From Lama glama (lineage: Eukaryota), in contig CM052817.1 of NCBI GenBank assembly GCA_028534125.1, positions 17,486,001 through 17,550,000 on the forward strand: a stretch of DNA of 64,000 nucleotides, written 5' to 3'. The notes beneath the pieces are model-generated. The model did not search any database, had not been told where the DNA came from, and was given only the letters and a program-made list of their open reading frames with translations. Of this stretch, positions 24,312-35,829 are shown one piece after another. The position numbers were made by a program, and so were the translations under genes. Position 1 is the stretch's first letter. Each line of letters begins with the position of its first letter.

Positions 24312-24869
24312 TCTGACCCTTTTAACTTCTCACTTTTATAAAAAGGATTCTATAGAAAAGTTACAAGAATAGAATAATGAGCTTCCATAAATTTCCAAGA
24401 GGATTTACCGTTAAAAGTCTGCCATATTTGCTTGTTTTATCATATACCTACCTATTAATCAGGACATTATATACACATATATAATATGTACATCTAAGTA
24501 AAATACATGTTATTATTAGCTGAGTCATGTAAGAGCAAGCTTCAGGCATCACAATCTCTTCCTTAAACACGTCAGCATGCATTTCCCAAGCATGAGGGCA
24601 TTCTCTTACCTGACCATGGTACAGTGATCGAATTCAGGACTGGGTCTGCAATCCAGGGTTCTGTGACCTCTTTAAACATCAAGAGCCATCAACAGCAAGC
24701 CTCTGCTGAATACCTGCTGTGTGCAAGGTGCTGTCCTCTGCACTGAGTGCTCAGACTGGTGTGAGAAACAGATCAGCAGGCAGATATCTGCAGTGAGACG
24801 TGGAAAGAGCAATGGCAGATGTAAGCAGGAGCGCTAGGGGAGTGTGGAGGAAGGAGATCTGGATAGAGA

Positions 24870-25370
24870 CATCTAGTTGTTAATCCATGTTCATCTTCCT
24901 TTCTTTTTCTCACTACTGGGCCTTTGTACTAGTAGGGTTCCCAGTGTCCCCAACTCAAAAAGTACCTTCTCCAATTTCTCTTTTGGGAGACCGAAGACAT
25001 ATAGACAGAAGTTGTTGGTTAGAAATTCTGGGAAAGCTTATCAAACAGCCTAGCAAATTGGGAGGCACACACTTTGGCTCGTGACCCTTCTTCCTTCCTG
25101 CTGTTAGGAATGTCATTGCAATAGCTAGAGCTGCAGCAGCCATCTTGCAGCCATGAGGTGGCATTGAAAATTGAAGCTAATATGAGGAATGGTGGAGCAG
25201 AAAAACACAAGGATCCTGGGTAATTGGTGATAAAGTGGAGCCACCACAGCAACCCTAAATTGCCTCCTCCAGCTCTTTAAGAGGAAGGAATTAATGATCT
25301 CATTGAAGCCATTAATTGGGTGTTCCGTTACATGCAGCTGAATGTAGTCCCAACTAATAAATCACCTGAT
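24870..25370 (+). mobile_element. MLT1J-like MaLR LTR
   Basis: 'gctagagctgcagcagccatcttgcagccatgagg...ggagcagaaaaacacaaggatcctggg...gttacatgcagctgaa...cccaactaata'. Confidence 0.75.
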
Positions 25371-25889
25371 ACAATCTTGGAGATCCAGGGACAATTCCCT
25401 TTAGATTATGAAGGATAAGTAGGAAAGAATTGGGTAAAAGGGCAGACTCCAGAGTATAGACTTTAGCTTAAGTGTAGCAGAGGCCACTGAATGGACTTGA
25501 GGAGAGTCTCAGTATCGAATTTTAGTTATAGGAAGCAACAGAGAGGAAGTCATCTCTTTGATAGCTACACTTAAAGGAGGGGAAAGAATGAAGTCAGGAG
25601 AACTAGTAAGAGAGTCAGTGTGACAATCTCTGCAAGGAATAACACAATCTTGAAATAACGCTGCACAACAGTGCTGAAAAAACAAGGGTTGTGCCTTCAG
25701 CAAGACCTGGGGGCCCATCTGGGCTTTGTGACTTACTAGCTATAATACCCCGAGCAAATGACACCTCAATGCCTTAGTCCTTTCCTACTTCCATGAGATT
25801 ATTAAGAGAATTCAATGAGGCCACGCGTGCACCATGCTTAGGGCAGTACTGGGCACCCACTACATTGTTGCTGAGTCCATGGTAGTGAA

Positions 25890-26530
25890 AGACGATTGCA
25901 GGCAATAATGTACAGAAAGATGGAATCAACAGAATGCTAGCTCCAGTGGGATGGTAGGAGGGGTGAGTAAGAGAGAGAAAGGAGTTTAAAATGTTTCCCA
26001 GACTTCTGTGGAAGAACCAGTTTGGGGAGAAACACGATGATTCCAGTTTCGGATCTGCGGAGTTGGTAGTATCTCTGGCCATCTGTGTGGAGATGACCCG
26101 TGTTCACCCGCACATGGGGGTAGATACAGAGCTGGGCAAGGGTCTCAGCTGGAGCCCCAGGGCATGAGATCACAGCCCTCAGGTGAGCGGATAGAATGAA
26201 AAGAGACGAAGGCCAAGAGGGAGCCTTGTGGCTGGGGCTGGTGGACAAAGAGAAGTCATCAAGAAAACTGAAGAGGACTGGGTTCAAGGTCATAGGAAAA
26301 AGCAGTGTGTCTGAAAATTCAAGGGAGAGCAAATTTGCAGAAAGAGGCATCAGTAGCCTAAATGCTGCAGAATCATCAAATCAGATCTGAGAAGTAGGCC
26401 CAGGATTGAGGGACAAAGAGGTCACTGGGGCCCCACGGTTAACTGAGGGTCCTCGGGCCATTGTAACTCAGGGTGACGATGGGGCTGGAAGGCAGAGTGT
26501 GGTCAGTGGAGAGGTAAAGGAGAATTAAGG
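25890..26530 (-). mobile_element. L2 LINE fragment
   Basis: 'gatgattccagtttcggatctgcggagttgg...aagcagtgtgtctgaaaattcaagggagag...aatgctgcagaatcatcaaatcagat'. Confidence 0.75.
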
Positions 26531-26539
26531 ATCGAAGAG

Positions 26540-26733
26540 AAAACAAGTTCATACTGTATAGTACAGGGAACTATAATCAGTATCTTTTAGTCACTTATGG
26601 TGAAAAAGAATATGAAAACAAATACATGTATTTTCAGGTATGACTGAAACATTATGCTGTACACCAGAAATTGATACAACATTGTAACCTGACTATACTT
26701 CAATAAAAGTATATATAATATGCAAAAAAAAAT
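26540..26733 (+). mobile_element. Camelid-type L1 3' end
   Basis: 'ctgtatagtacagggaactat...gaaaaagaatatgaaaac...ctgtacaccagaaattgatacaacattgtaacctgactatacttcaataaaa' plus an A tail; degenerate TSD aggatcgaagagaa / aggatggaggagaa. Confidence 0.9.
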
Positions 26734-26771
26734 AGGATGGAGGAGAACGTTTGTGTGAAGGTGAAGAGAGA

Positions 26772-27060
26772 TGCAGCAGTGGGAACTGAAAAGGAGAGGA
26801 AAACGCAAGGAAAGTAAGATGCTAGAGACTCAGAAAGGTGAGAAGGGCGGGCTTGATGTCCGTAGAGGACCCAAAGCTCGACCGGGGACTTTGCCGCGTG
26901 CCCAGAGAGTGGAAAATGGCCCACGGTGGGACTGGGCAGCCACAGCGCCCGGCGGGGAGAGGCTGGGAAACTGAAGGGAAAGTCTCCAGTCTGAGCTTCT
27001 GCGGACAGAGGAGGGCAGAGAGAACATGAGGAAGATGGAGAAGGTGGACGATAGTGACCC
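26772..27060 (-). repeat. Left arm of a ~290-bp inverted repeat
   Basis: Its reverse complement aligns to 27687-27982, e.g. cctcctctgtccgcagaagctcagactggagactttccc vs cctcctctgtccacagaagttcagactggagaatttccc. I count 14 mismatches over a ~104-nt core by hand. Confidence 0.95.
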
Positions 27061-27069
27061 GCACTCACA

Positions 27070-27660
27070 CTATGCAAGGAACGGTGCCACTGGCGTCTAG
27101 ACAAGCATCCTCACTGCGACCCTGTTCCGCCAGTGAGCACCTGAGACTCAGGGACTTGAGGACCCGGCTGGGTCCTTGACGGCCGTCTGAGCCCACGATG
27201 GCACCTTCATCACCAAGCTCCACGTGTGAGGCACAAGACAGTGGGGCCGGGAGAGAAGACACAGGGATGCGGCCCGAGACAGAAGATGGGTCTCAGCGAT
27301 TTTGAAGGCAGATGCGGAAGAAGGGCGGGGCGCGAGCAGCGGAGGCGGACACCGGAGCGGGATTCGCCGGGAAGCTGCCCCGCAGCCCCCGCCCCAGCCC
27401 CGAGTTTCCCGGCCGAGCGGCTCCCGCGGCAGCAAGGGCCTGCGAGCATCCCCAGGAGGGGGCAGCAGCGCCCCGCGGAAGGCCCGCCGCTCCCAGGCCC
27501 GCAGGCGCGGGGGAGGTGCGCTCCTGCTCTGCCCGCGGGGGGGGGGGGGAGGGGGCGGGCCAGCCCAGCAGGCCTGCCGGGTTTGCTGCTCCCCCACGGG
27601 CCCTAGCTCTTCTCCCGGGTTTCGCCCACTCGGGAACAACCTCCGAAAGCCCAACTCCTG
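27070..27660. promoter_or_regulatory. CpG island / GC-box promoter with no recognisable associated CDS
   Basis: Very high GC and CpG density against a CpG-depleted background; Sp/KLF boxes GGGCGGGG (~27322) and CCCCGCCCC (~27387); G13 run at 27537-27549. Confidence 0.8.
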
Positions 27661-27686
27661 AATCTGCACACAGTGCTCAGCCTTTA

Positions 27687-27982
27687 GGATCATCATTGTT
27701 CACCTTCTCCCCCTCCTCTTCCCTTTTTATCTCAGACCTCCTCTGTCCACAGAAGTTCAGACTGGAGAATTTCCCCACAGTTTCCCAGCCTCTTATCGCC
27801 GGGCGCTGTGGCTTCCAAACCCCACGGTGGACCATTTTCCAAACTCCGGGCATGTGGCAAAGACCCTGGCCCAGCTTTGGGTCCTCCTGCGAACACCAAA
27901 CCCGCCCTTCTCATCCTCCTGAGTCTCTCCAGCATCTCACTTTCCTCCTGTTTTCTTCTCAGTATCAGCTCCCACTACTCCA
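27687..27982 (+). repeat. Right arm of a ~290-bp inverted repeat
   Basis: Mirror of 26772-27060, with shared blocks cagtttcccagcctct, cgccgggcgctgtggct, ccattttcc, agctttgggtcctc, cccgcccttctca and ctgagtctct. Confidence 0.95.
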
Positions 27983-30820
27983 GAACGTCCTCTTCTCGCT
28001 GCGGGCCAGCCCCACTCCAGACCCCCACCTTGTGGAGCAGAGGCCCCCATGTCTTGCCTGGACCCCTTTCCACGAGGCCCCTTGTGGCGGAGGGGGTGGC
28101 CTGCAGCTCTGCCAGGAAGGCCCCCTTGTGGAGCCCATGGTGGTAGAGAGGCCTGGGGGCAGTCCTTGCAGGTTCGCTCGCTGCTCCCCAGGCCTGAGTC
28201 GAGCTTCCGACCAGCCCGGACGTCCCAAGGACTCAGCGTAGCCAAGCACAAATATAACTCCCACCACACATCGGATGTGGAGGGAGAGCAGAGTAGCCGT
28301 TGTTTTGCTTGGAACTAATCTGGTCTTTCTCCTGAGCCACACCCACTAGTTAGTGGGATGGGCAGGATAAACCTAATGTCAATCCAGTTAAACTTTGAGC
28401 TGATATTTTAAACCTTTCAGATAATGTTCTGTCTTTAGGGAAAGCACTCCGTGCCTCTGACAGCCCCCACTCCCTCTGTCTTCCACTCTAGAAGCCGGGG
28501 AGCGTGGGGCGAGGCGGGTTTCTCCCCTCAGGGCACCAGGACAGTTGTTTCTCTGATCCCACAAAGGCCCTTGGATGTGTGCTGGCCATTGGTCTTTGGG
28601 GAGGTTTTTTTTGTTTGTTTGTTTTTGCCTGATCTTAGCACTAAAAGTGTGCCCCATTCTCACCCCTGCGCCCCCAGGGTGTGATCCTAGTGACTTGGTG
28701 TCTCAGTTTCAGCCTGGGCTGCAGCCCTGCCTCTTTCCAGCAGCTCTCCAGTCTGTTGGCTGGGAGATCACCTTGTCTCAAAACACAGGCCCCCTCAGTG
28801 GGCCCAATGACTCCCAGCTGAACATCTGCCCCATGGGACAGAAGACGGCCCTGGGAAGCTGGCCTCGCCCAGGCTGACCACGCGGAGCTCCTTTACTGTG
28901 GCTGGGCCCTGGGTCCTAATGAGGCAGCACAGGCCATGGCTTCTTCCCGGAGTCCCAAGGGTCACACTCACTTTTCGACCACCCTCCCTTTGCAGGCCCA
29001 GAGGTGGGGACAGCAGGGCAATTCTGCTGATAGCCTGGCTATTTTTGGCCTATTCGCTTCCTCCTCTTTCTTTAAGATTCTCAGGTACAGAAAAGGGGTG
29101 GGCTTTTCCAGTACTTCGATTTCCTCTTTTCTGACTCCTGTGAGCCCTAAATGACTGGCATTGGTAACTCACTGTGTATATGGGAGAGCTCCGAGCTTCA
29201 GGCTTTGTCTTAATTGTACTAAGGCAGGACGAAGAAGAATCTGGGAAATCCCTTCCTGAGATAATGGTCTGGCCTGTAAGGCTGGAACTTCCTGCATAAT
29301 CTTATTTTGAATGGCCAAGGCTGAACATTACCTGGGTCTCTCTCTGGGAGTTCCTTCTGTGATCAGTGTGTATCTGCATCCCTCCCTCTTCCTCCTCGTC
29401 TTTACTGCACACACACATCCCTCTTCCTAGAAGAAGACGGATATCTGGGGTGAACCTGGGAAAGTGGGAAACAGAAGAAAAAAGCATATTAGTGCCTTAA
29501 AACAGTATCCCTCTTCCCCTTTCTTACAGCCTAAAGGACTCTGTTCTCATTGGGTCCAAATTACTTAGCTTTTCTTTTCCTCTCACTGTCCTGTTAAACC
29601 CCCAAGTCTCTGTCCCTTTTGTTCACTTCCCAAAGGGGTTTGTCAGTAGCAGCGCTCCTCCCGGATACCAGGTGGAGACGCTTTAGTTTCCTACCTGCTC
29701 TCATCACCTGAAGCATGCCCCAGCCCAACCCCCACCCCCATCTCCCCACGCACCCCCTCCTCCACAGCCTCACCTCCCATCCTGCACCTGCAGGTGAAGC
29801 CCAGACCTCGGGCAGATTTATCATTTAGATGGTACCATTCCTCTGATACACAGGATGCGCTTTCCCACCTCTGCGCCATTGCATGTGCGTTGATCCCCGC
29901 CCAAACTTTCCATCATCCAGCCCTTTTCCAAGGCTCATCTCAGTATCATTTTCTGTGTGAAGCTTTTCCTGACTCTGCTAAGTCAATGTGATTTCCCCCT
30001 CCTCTAAGGGCCTGAACTACTTCGAACCCCTCACGTCCTGTGCTGTATTTATAGCTATGTTTGTGTTTCTCTCCAGCTACATTGAGATCTCTCCGAAGGC
30101 AGAAACTGTGTGTCACTCAGTCATATATCTTCCACAGGGCTACGGGGTAAATGACATTGAATGTGACTATCAACAGGAATAGCCCTAGGCCAAATTTTAA
30201 AGTAGGTCCAAAGCGTATCAACTCACACAAATAATTTAATTTCCCAAGTCTCAGTTTCCTCATTTGTTAAACAATTGAGTTGGGTTCCATGATAACTTAG
30301 ATCATCTCCATCTCTGACACTCTAATTTTGCTCATACTGTCTTGTGACCTCTGTGTGCATGTGTGCACACGCACACGCACGTGTGTGTGTGTACGCACTG
30401 GGTTAGAGCTGAGGATAGGGAGTAAATACAGCAGGTTCCCTGTCTGCAGGAGGCCTGAGTTCATTAGAAGGAGAGAACCCTGTGATCAAGAAAGCATAAT
30501 TGAGTGTAGAAGTTCTCTATGGGGAAGTGTCCAGGACATGGTAGGGGCACAAAGGAGGGAGAGATAGACAAAAAGATTCCAGAGCTGATCTTGCTGGGAG
30601 TGGGATACGGAAGTCTTCCTTGAAGTTGTGAGATGGAAGGGAGCGCTCCTGGAACTCCAGTGGAGAGAGAGAAGCAACAGGCGCCTGGTCTTTACTGTCA
30701 TCGTGAGCCTTCTCTGACCCTGACTGGCCAGGACTAGGAACCGTCCATCCCAAATGCAGTTCCTGAGATGTAGTCACAGCTGACACTTATTTGTTTGTTT
30801 TTTGTTTGTTCTTCGTTGGT

Positions 30821-30913
30821 TTATTTATTTATTTATTTTAACAGAGGTACTGGGGATTGAACCCAGGACCTCGTGCATGCTAAGGGCATGCTCTACCCCT
30901 GAGCTATACCCTC
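30821..30913 (-). mobile_element. Vic-1-type tRNA-derived camelid SINE
   Basis: Reverse complement reads gagggtatagctcaggggtagagcatgcccttagcatgcacgaggtcctgggttcaatccccagtacctc plus an (AAAT)n tail; Pol III A/B boxes present. Confidence 0.9.
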
Positions 30914-32074
30914 TTTGCTACAGCTGACTTTTAGACCAGCCCTACTGGTCTTACTCCCAGCCCTGGTTCCTTTCTCTGTCATCTGCTGCACCTGAGGTGG
31001 CTTCTGACCCGCTGCTCCTGCCCAGTGGCCTTCACCGGCTAATCTTCTTTCAGGGAAGAGCAGTGCTTGGGAAAAGGCAACTAGTTCCCTAAGGAAGTGA
31101 CCCCTCCTCAAACTGCCCTCTTTGCTGGGTCCAGGGGAGACGCTTTCTGTCTGGAATCCACGGGAGTCTCTCCCTGGGGACAGCTGAGGCACAGCCCTAG
31201 CCAGAGGAAGCTGTTCAAACACCATCCATTTTGACACTTGGCGGGATTAGCGAAGCACCTCTTCCCTCTGAGAGTGGGAAAGTTTCCAGAATGAGTCTGC
31301 CGGCAGAAAGGGAGGTTGAGCAAACAGGCATATTGTTTTCTCAGAGCTGTCTCTCTTGTTAATGTTTGGTCGGCCAGCCGTGCATTTTTGGAGTGTTACA
31401 TCGGCTTACGTTCAGCCTTCATCAGAGAACAATTAGGCCGAGTGTGGGGAGAAGCCAGAGGGTCGGGGACAACAGATGGGACTCCACTTACGTAGGTTAA
31501 AAGTTCAGTTGCCCCAGAAGAAGAAGACCCGTCCTTGGCTGGGGGAGTGAGGGGTTGGTTAGAGAGAAGCAGACTGAAACGAAGGCGAAGGGCCTCTCTT
31601 TTCTGAAATACCCCTTTGGGACGAGTCTGTGTATCTTAGGCAGTGGATTTAGTTTTCCACAAAGAAGCGTCGGCAGCCCTGGCAGGATCAAGAAGCCAGA
31701 GGCCTGGTGCCATACTAAAATAGCAGCGTTGCTGCGTTTTCCAGCTGAGGGATTACTCTTTGGTGAGCCAGAGACATTTGGAACATCATTTGGAAGCAAA
31801 ACCACATTTTTTTCCAAAAAAAAAAAAAAAAGCAAGGGAAACTTTGCATGCAATGAAGTCAGGGCTTAACTCTTAAGAGGAAGCAGTACAGAGGCAGCCA
31901 CTGGACCTTTGCTGATGGAACCCATGCTTCTGGGAGGAGAATGAGTTTTCATTTGGTGAAAGGTCAGCTGAGGTGCCTGTGACGGGCAGAGGGCACTGTT
32001 GTCCGGAAATGGTGGTTAGCAGGATGAAAGCACTAGTAAGTTGGAAGAAAAGGACAAAAGATAGGAAGAGAATT

Positions 32075-32560
32075 GCATGAGCCAGCCTTTGGTCCATAAC
32101 ACTCCACCTTCAACTCAGCTGTTGAAAACAACCACCATTTTAATTATGCATGGTTCTGGGGGTCAGCAGTGTGGTCTGGGCTCAGCTGGGTGGTTCTTCT
32201 GCTCATCTCACCTGGGGTCATCTGGCTGCAGTCATCTGGCAGCTCAAAATGGGGTTGGGTAGTCTAAGATGGCCTCACTTACCTTCTAGTCATGGAGGCT
32301 GGCTGTTTGCTGGGCCGTGAGTCTCCAGAAACCCGCTTTGGCTTCCTTACACCATGGCCAGGTTCCAAAAGCAGCAGGAGAGAAGGAAAGGCTCAACTCG
32401 CAATCATTTTTCCAATCTCCACTTGTGTTCCATTTGCTGTCCCATTAGCAAAAGTAAGTCGCATAGCCAAGCTCCGAGTCAACGTGGGAGGGGACGACAC
32501 CAGGGTGTGGAGCCCAGGAGGGAGCCCAGGCTCCACTGGGAGCTGTTACTGTAACTGTGT
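32075..32560 (-). mobile_element. MLT1H-like MaLR LTR
   Basis: 'ggttctgggggtcagcagtgtggtctgggctcagctgggtggttcttctgctcatctcacctggggtca...tctaagatggcctcact'. Confidence 0.7.
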
Positions 32561-33267
32561 CCCCACAAGAAGGAAGTAAATCTGAAATGAAATCGAACAC
32601 CCTAACCTCAGTGGGATGCAAAGCATGCGAGTCAGAGTCCATATGAGCTCAGGCTGAGGGAAGAAAGGCCAGAGAATGATCTTGTTGGGTTTTTGGAATA
32701 AGTCTGCTATTTCCTGGGGATTTAGGGATAGAGAGATGCTCGGATTTGTAAGAATCGAATAACTCAAGTGAGTGTCAGTTTTAGCATCTCATAAAATTTT
32801 ATAACATCCTCTTCCTCCATGTTTGCATATATTTCCAACCTGAGAGTCCTCAGGCCCCCTCAGCCTATGGGAAAGATGGCAGTGTAGCTGCAAAGAGTCT
32901 CAGTAGTAAAACAGACACACCATTTCTAGTTTCTACAACAGATGAAATTGGTTTTACTCATGATGGAGGAGCAGAGAGACAAATAGGAGCAGAGGCACCT
33001 TGGGGATGAGCAACAGGTAGGGGGAGCAGGTCACTGCTACCCCAAGCCTGGAAAGACAAGAGAGGAGGCCAGGTTATAAAGCCCAGGAACCAGGGTGATC
33101 TGGTACAAGCTAGAACCGTGATGGGCTTGTGGGCTGGAGTCTCCGAGGAGACAGAGCCACTGCTGGAGAAGCTACCCAGGCAGTGGCTTCTCCCTTCCTC
33201 GTAAGCCCCCATCTCTTGCTAGTGCCTCTCATCGGCTGACGCAGTCCAGAAGCCCACTGCTGCAGGG

Positions 33268-33605
33268 GTTCTTAGTCCAATGAGGCCGCAGTAACAAAAA
33301 TACCATTGGCTGAAACAGCAAATACTTATTGCTCACAGTTTCGGAGGCTGGGAAGTCCAAGATCAAGGTGCCAGCGTACTTGGTGTCAGGTGAGAGCTCG
33401 CTTCCTGGTTCAAAGATGGCTGTTTTCTCCCTGTGAGGAAGGAAGAGGTGAGGGAGCTCTCTGGGGTCCCTTTTACAAGGGCACTACTCCCATTCACGAG
33501 GGCTCCACCCTTATGCCCTAATCAGCTCCCAAAGTCTCCACCTCTAAATATGATCACTTTGCAGGTTAGATTCTCAACATACAAATTTGAGGGGGTCACA
33601 GGCAT
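33268..33605 (-). mobile_element. MLT1A-like MaLR LTR
   Basis: 'tattgctcacagtttcggaggctgggaagtccaagatcaaggtgccagc...gagggctccacccttatgccctaatcagctcccaaag'. Confidence 0.85.
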
Positions 33606-35829
33606 TCATAATAAGGGGTCTCAGAGACACAGCCTGCAAGGGCTGCCCCTGTAACACAGAGCAGAGCAGGGAAAAGACAAGGAATGAATCCAAGGCTGAG
33701 GGGCCCAGGACCAGCTCACGGCGCGCAGTTACAGCAATCACCTGCATATTAGCCCCAGCTGGTAAAGCAAGAGTCCAGTTCCCCTCAAAGTCCCATTGGC
33801 AATTTCTCTGCATCCCTGGGGCTGTCTCACTTGAGCTCAAGACAAAGTGTCCAACCCGCCTCAGTGATGTCCCAAAGCTATTAGGAAGGGGTGCCTCCCT
33901 CCCTGAGAATGCTGCCTTGCCTAAGCCACTGCCTTCTGCCACACAAGGCTGCAGTCTCTTGCTGTGTAAGGTGGCATTGTCCTCTCCCCAGACCTCCATG
34001 AGACAGCAGCTCGATAGCCTCTCAGAAGGGGGAGGGCCCCCCTCTGCTCTGCAGGTCTCTTCACCACACAGCCCTTCATAAAAATAACTCATTTGGCCTC
34101 TTCCTGCAGACCCTCCTCTAACTCACATCTCTGGGACCCAGTCAGGCAACAATGTCTAAGGCCGACTCCCCCTGTCCCCACCTAGGATCATCTGACCAAA
34201 CTGTCCCCGCATTCTCCTTCTACCGGAATATCTTCCCACAAATCTGCTCCTGGAAGTTCACCCACCCCTTGACATGGATGAGCCCAGGTGGGTTCAAGCT
34301 GGGACCACACAGTCACACACACACGCACACACATGAGCAGCACAAGGTCACCTGTGGGGCCCCAGCTTCTGCGAGAGAGCTCTAGGAATAACACAGCTAC
34401 CCGCTATGAAGCTCCTCTAACAGGCTATCTACTCACACTTAATTCCTTTACTCCTGCGACAACCCTGCGAGTGACCCTATTTTCATTTCAAGTGAGAAAA
34501 CTGAGGAGCACAGAGGCTTTATCTCTGGCTCCATCTTGCACAGCGAGGGAGCGATAAGGCCAGGATGGTGGGTCAGGTCTCACACCAACTCCCCCACCCT
34601 TCTCCTACTATGTTGCCTCTCAATGTATGTAAATGACATTTTATTCTTATCTTGGCACCATTTCTTATTTTCCCTAAGAGACTTGAACAAGTGGTTATTT
34701 ATTGCCAAGTTTTCTAGTACCTTTGAGGACCAAAGAGTGCCACCTCATGTTGAGTGATCTCATGATTGAGTTTAAGGAGTATTTAAAAGTCATCACAACC
34801 AGTGCTGTTTTATGCTCCTGTACTGTTTCCCAAGGACAGTTGTTGCAAGGTGGGCCTCCTGGGTGAGGGGGTAGACCCTGGGGATGATACAGCCCAGGGA
34901 TCTGGAGGCCATGTCACACTGTGATTGAGAACATAAACTTCGGTACTGAGCACAGCCTCGGGAAAGAAATTTTCCACGTGCACACAAAGCTGCATTGTAG
35001 CTGGGAGTAAAGCGATGCCAACGCGAGACTCCCAGCCAGGGCAGGCCAGCCCTGCAGAATCCTAGCAGTGATAAGGATCTGAAGAGTAGGGAGGGCAGGG
35101 AGACCATCATTGCAAGGGTCCCTGTGAAAGGTGCTGGGTAGGGGCCCCCAGTTCTGGGTCAAGGTTTCCTGCACTGGAAGGGCAGGTGTGAGCAGCACAG
35201 CTGCTGGAAATTTTAAAAAATGCTGTTTTCAGAGAATAATGTGCCCCTCCCTCTCCTGGTCTCCATCCTTCCAGCCCGACTGGGCTGCCCCCATGCTCTC
35301 TGATAACCAGAGTCTGATCCTGAGGGCTGGGACCTCAGGCTGGTTCATTCACCACTTTCTTACGGGCACTTTAATGTAGTAAGTGCTCAATAAACACTTA
35401 CTGAATGAATGAACAAATCAAACAGATCAGTTTAAAAATCCAGTATAAATTTGATCTGCAGAAAGTCTTTCTTCCCATTACCTTGTTTGTCCTGTGCAAA
35501 GTTGCAAGGTTAATTCATTTCATTTAATACATATTTTTATAATATCAAGAAAACAATGCTACAGACTGATTAGAAATTAAAGGAGAAAAAAGTCACCCAT
35601 AATTTTCAAAGCAACAGTCATCACGCTGCATATTTCCCTCACAGATTTGCTCAAGTGCTTGTATCATTTTATCCATTTGCATTTATACAGCCGTTCCATT
35701 TTGTTTATCCTGTTTTTGTTTTTTTTTTTAAACCACAGAACATTATGACATAAGTATTTCTGTGTTGCTACTTAATCTACATAATAATGTTACATTACCT
35801 CATTCCAGAGTCTTAAAGTCAGAGCTTTA

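Noticed and set aside
26940..27015. CTCF or REST motif in the inverted-repeat arms
   Set aside because: 'ccgccgggcgctg' and 'agcttctgcggacag' match only partially, with wrong spacing or core mismatches.
27312..28241. 309-aa ORF (and overlapping 119-182-aa ORFs) across the CpG island
   Set aside because: Low-complexity Pro/Ala/Gly/Arg sequence is expected in stop-poor GC-rich DNA. There is no recognisable domain, and the two repeat arms differ by many amino-acid-changing substitutions and a frameshift, so there is no coding signature.
30350..30398. Alternating purine-pyrimidine tract (Z-DNA potential)
   Set aside because: An ordinary degenerate (TG/CA)n microsatellite between old repeats.
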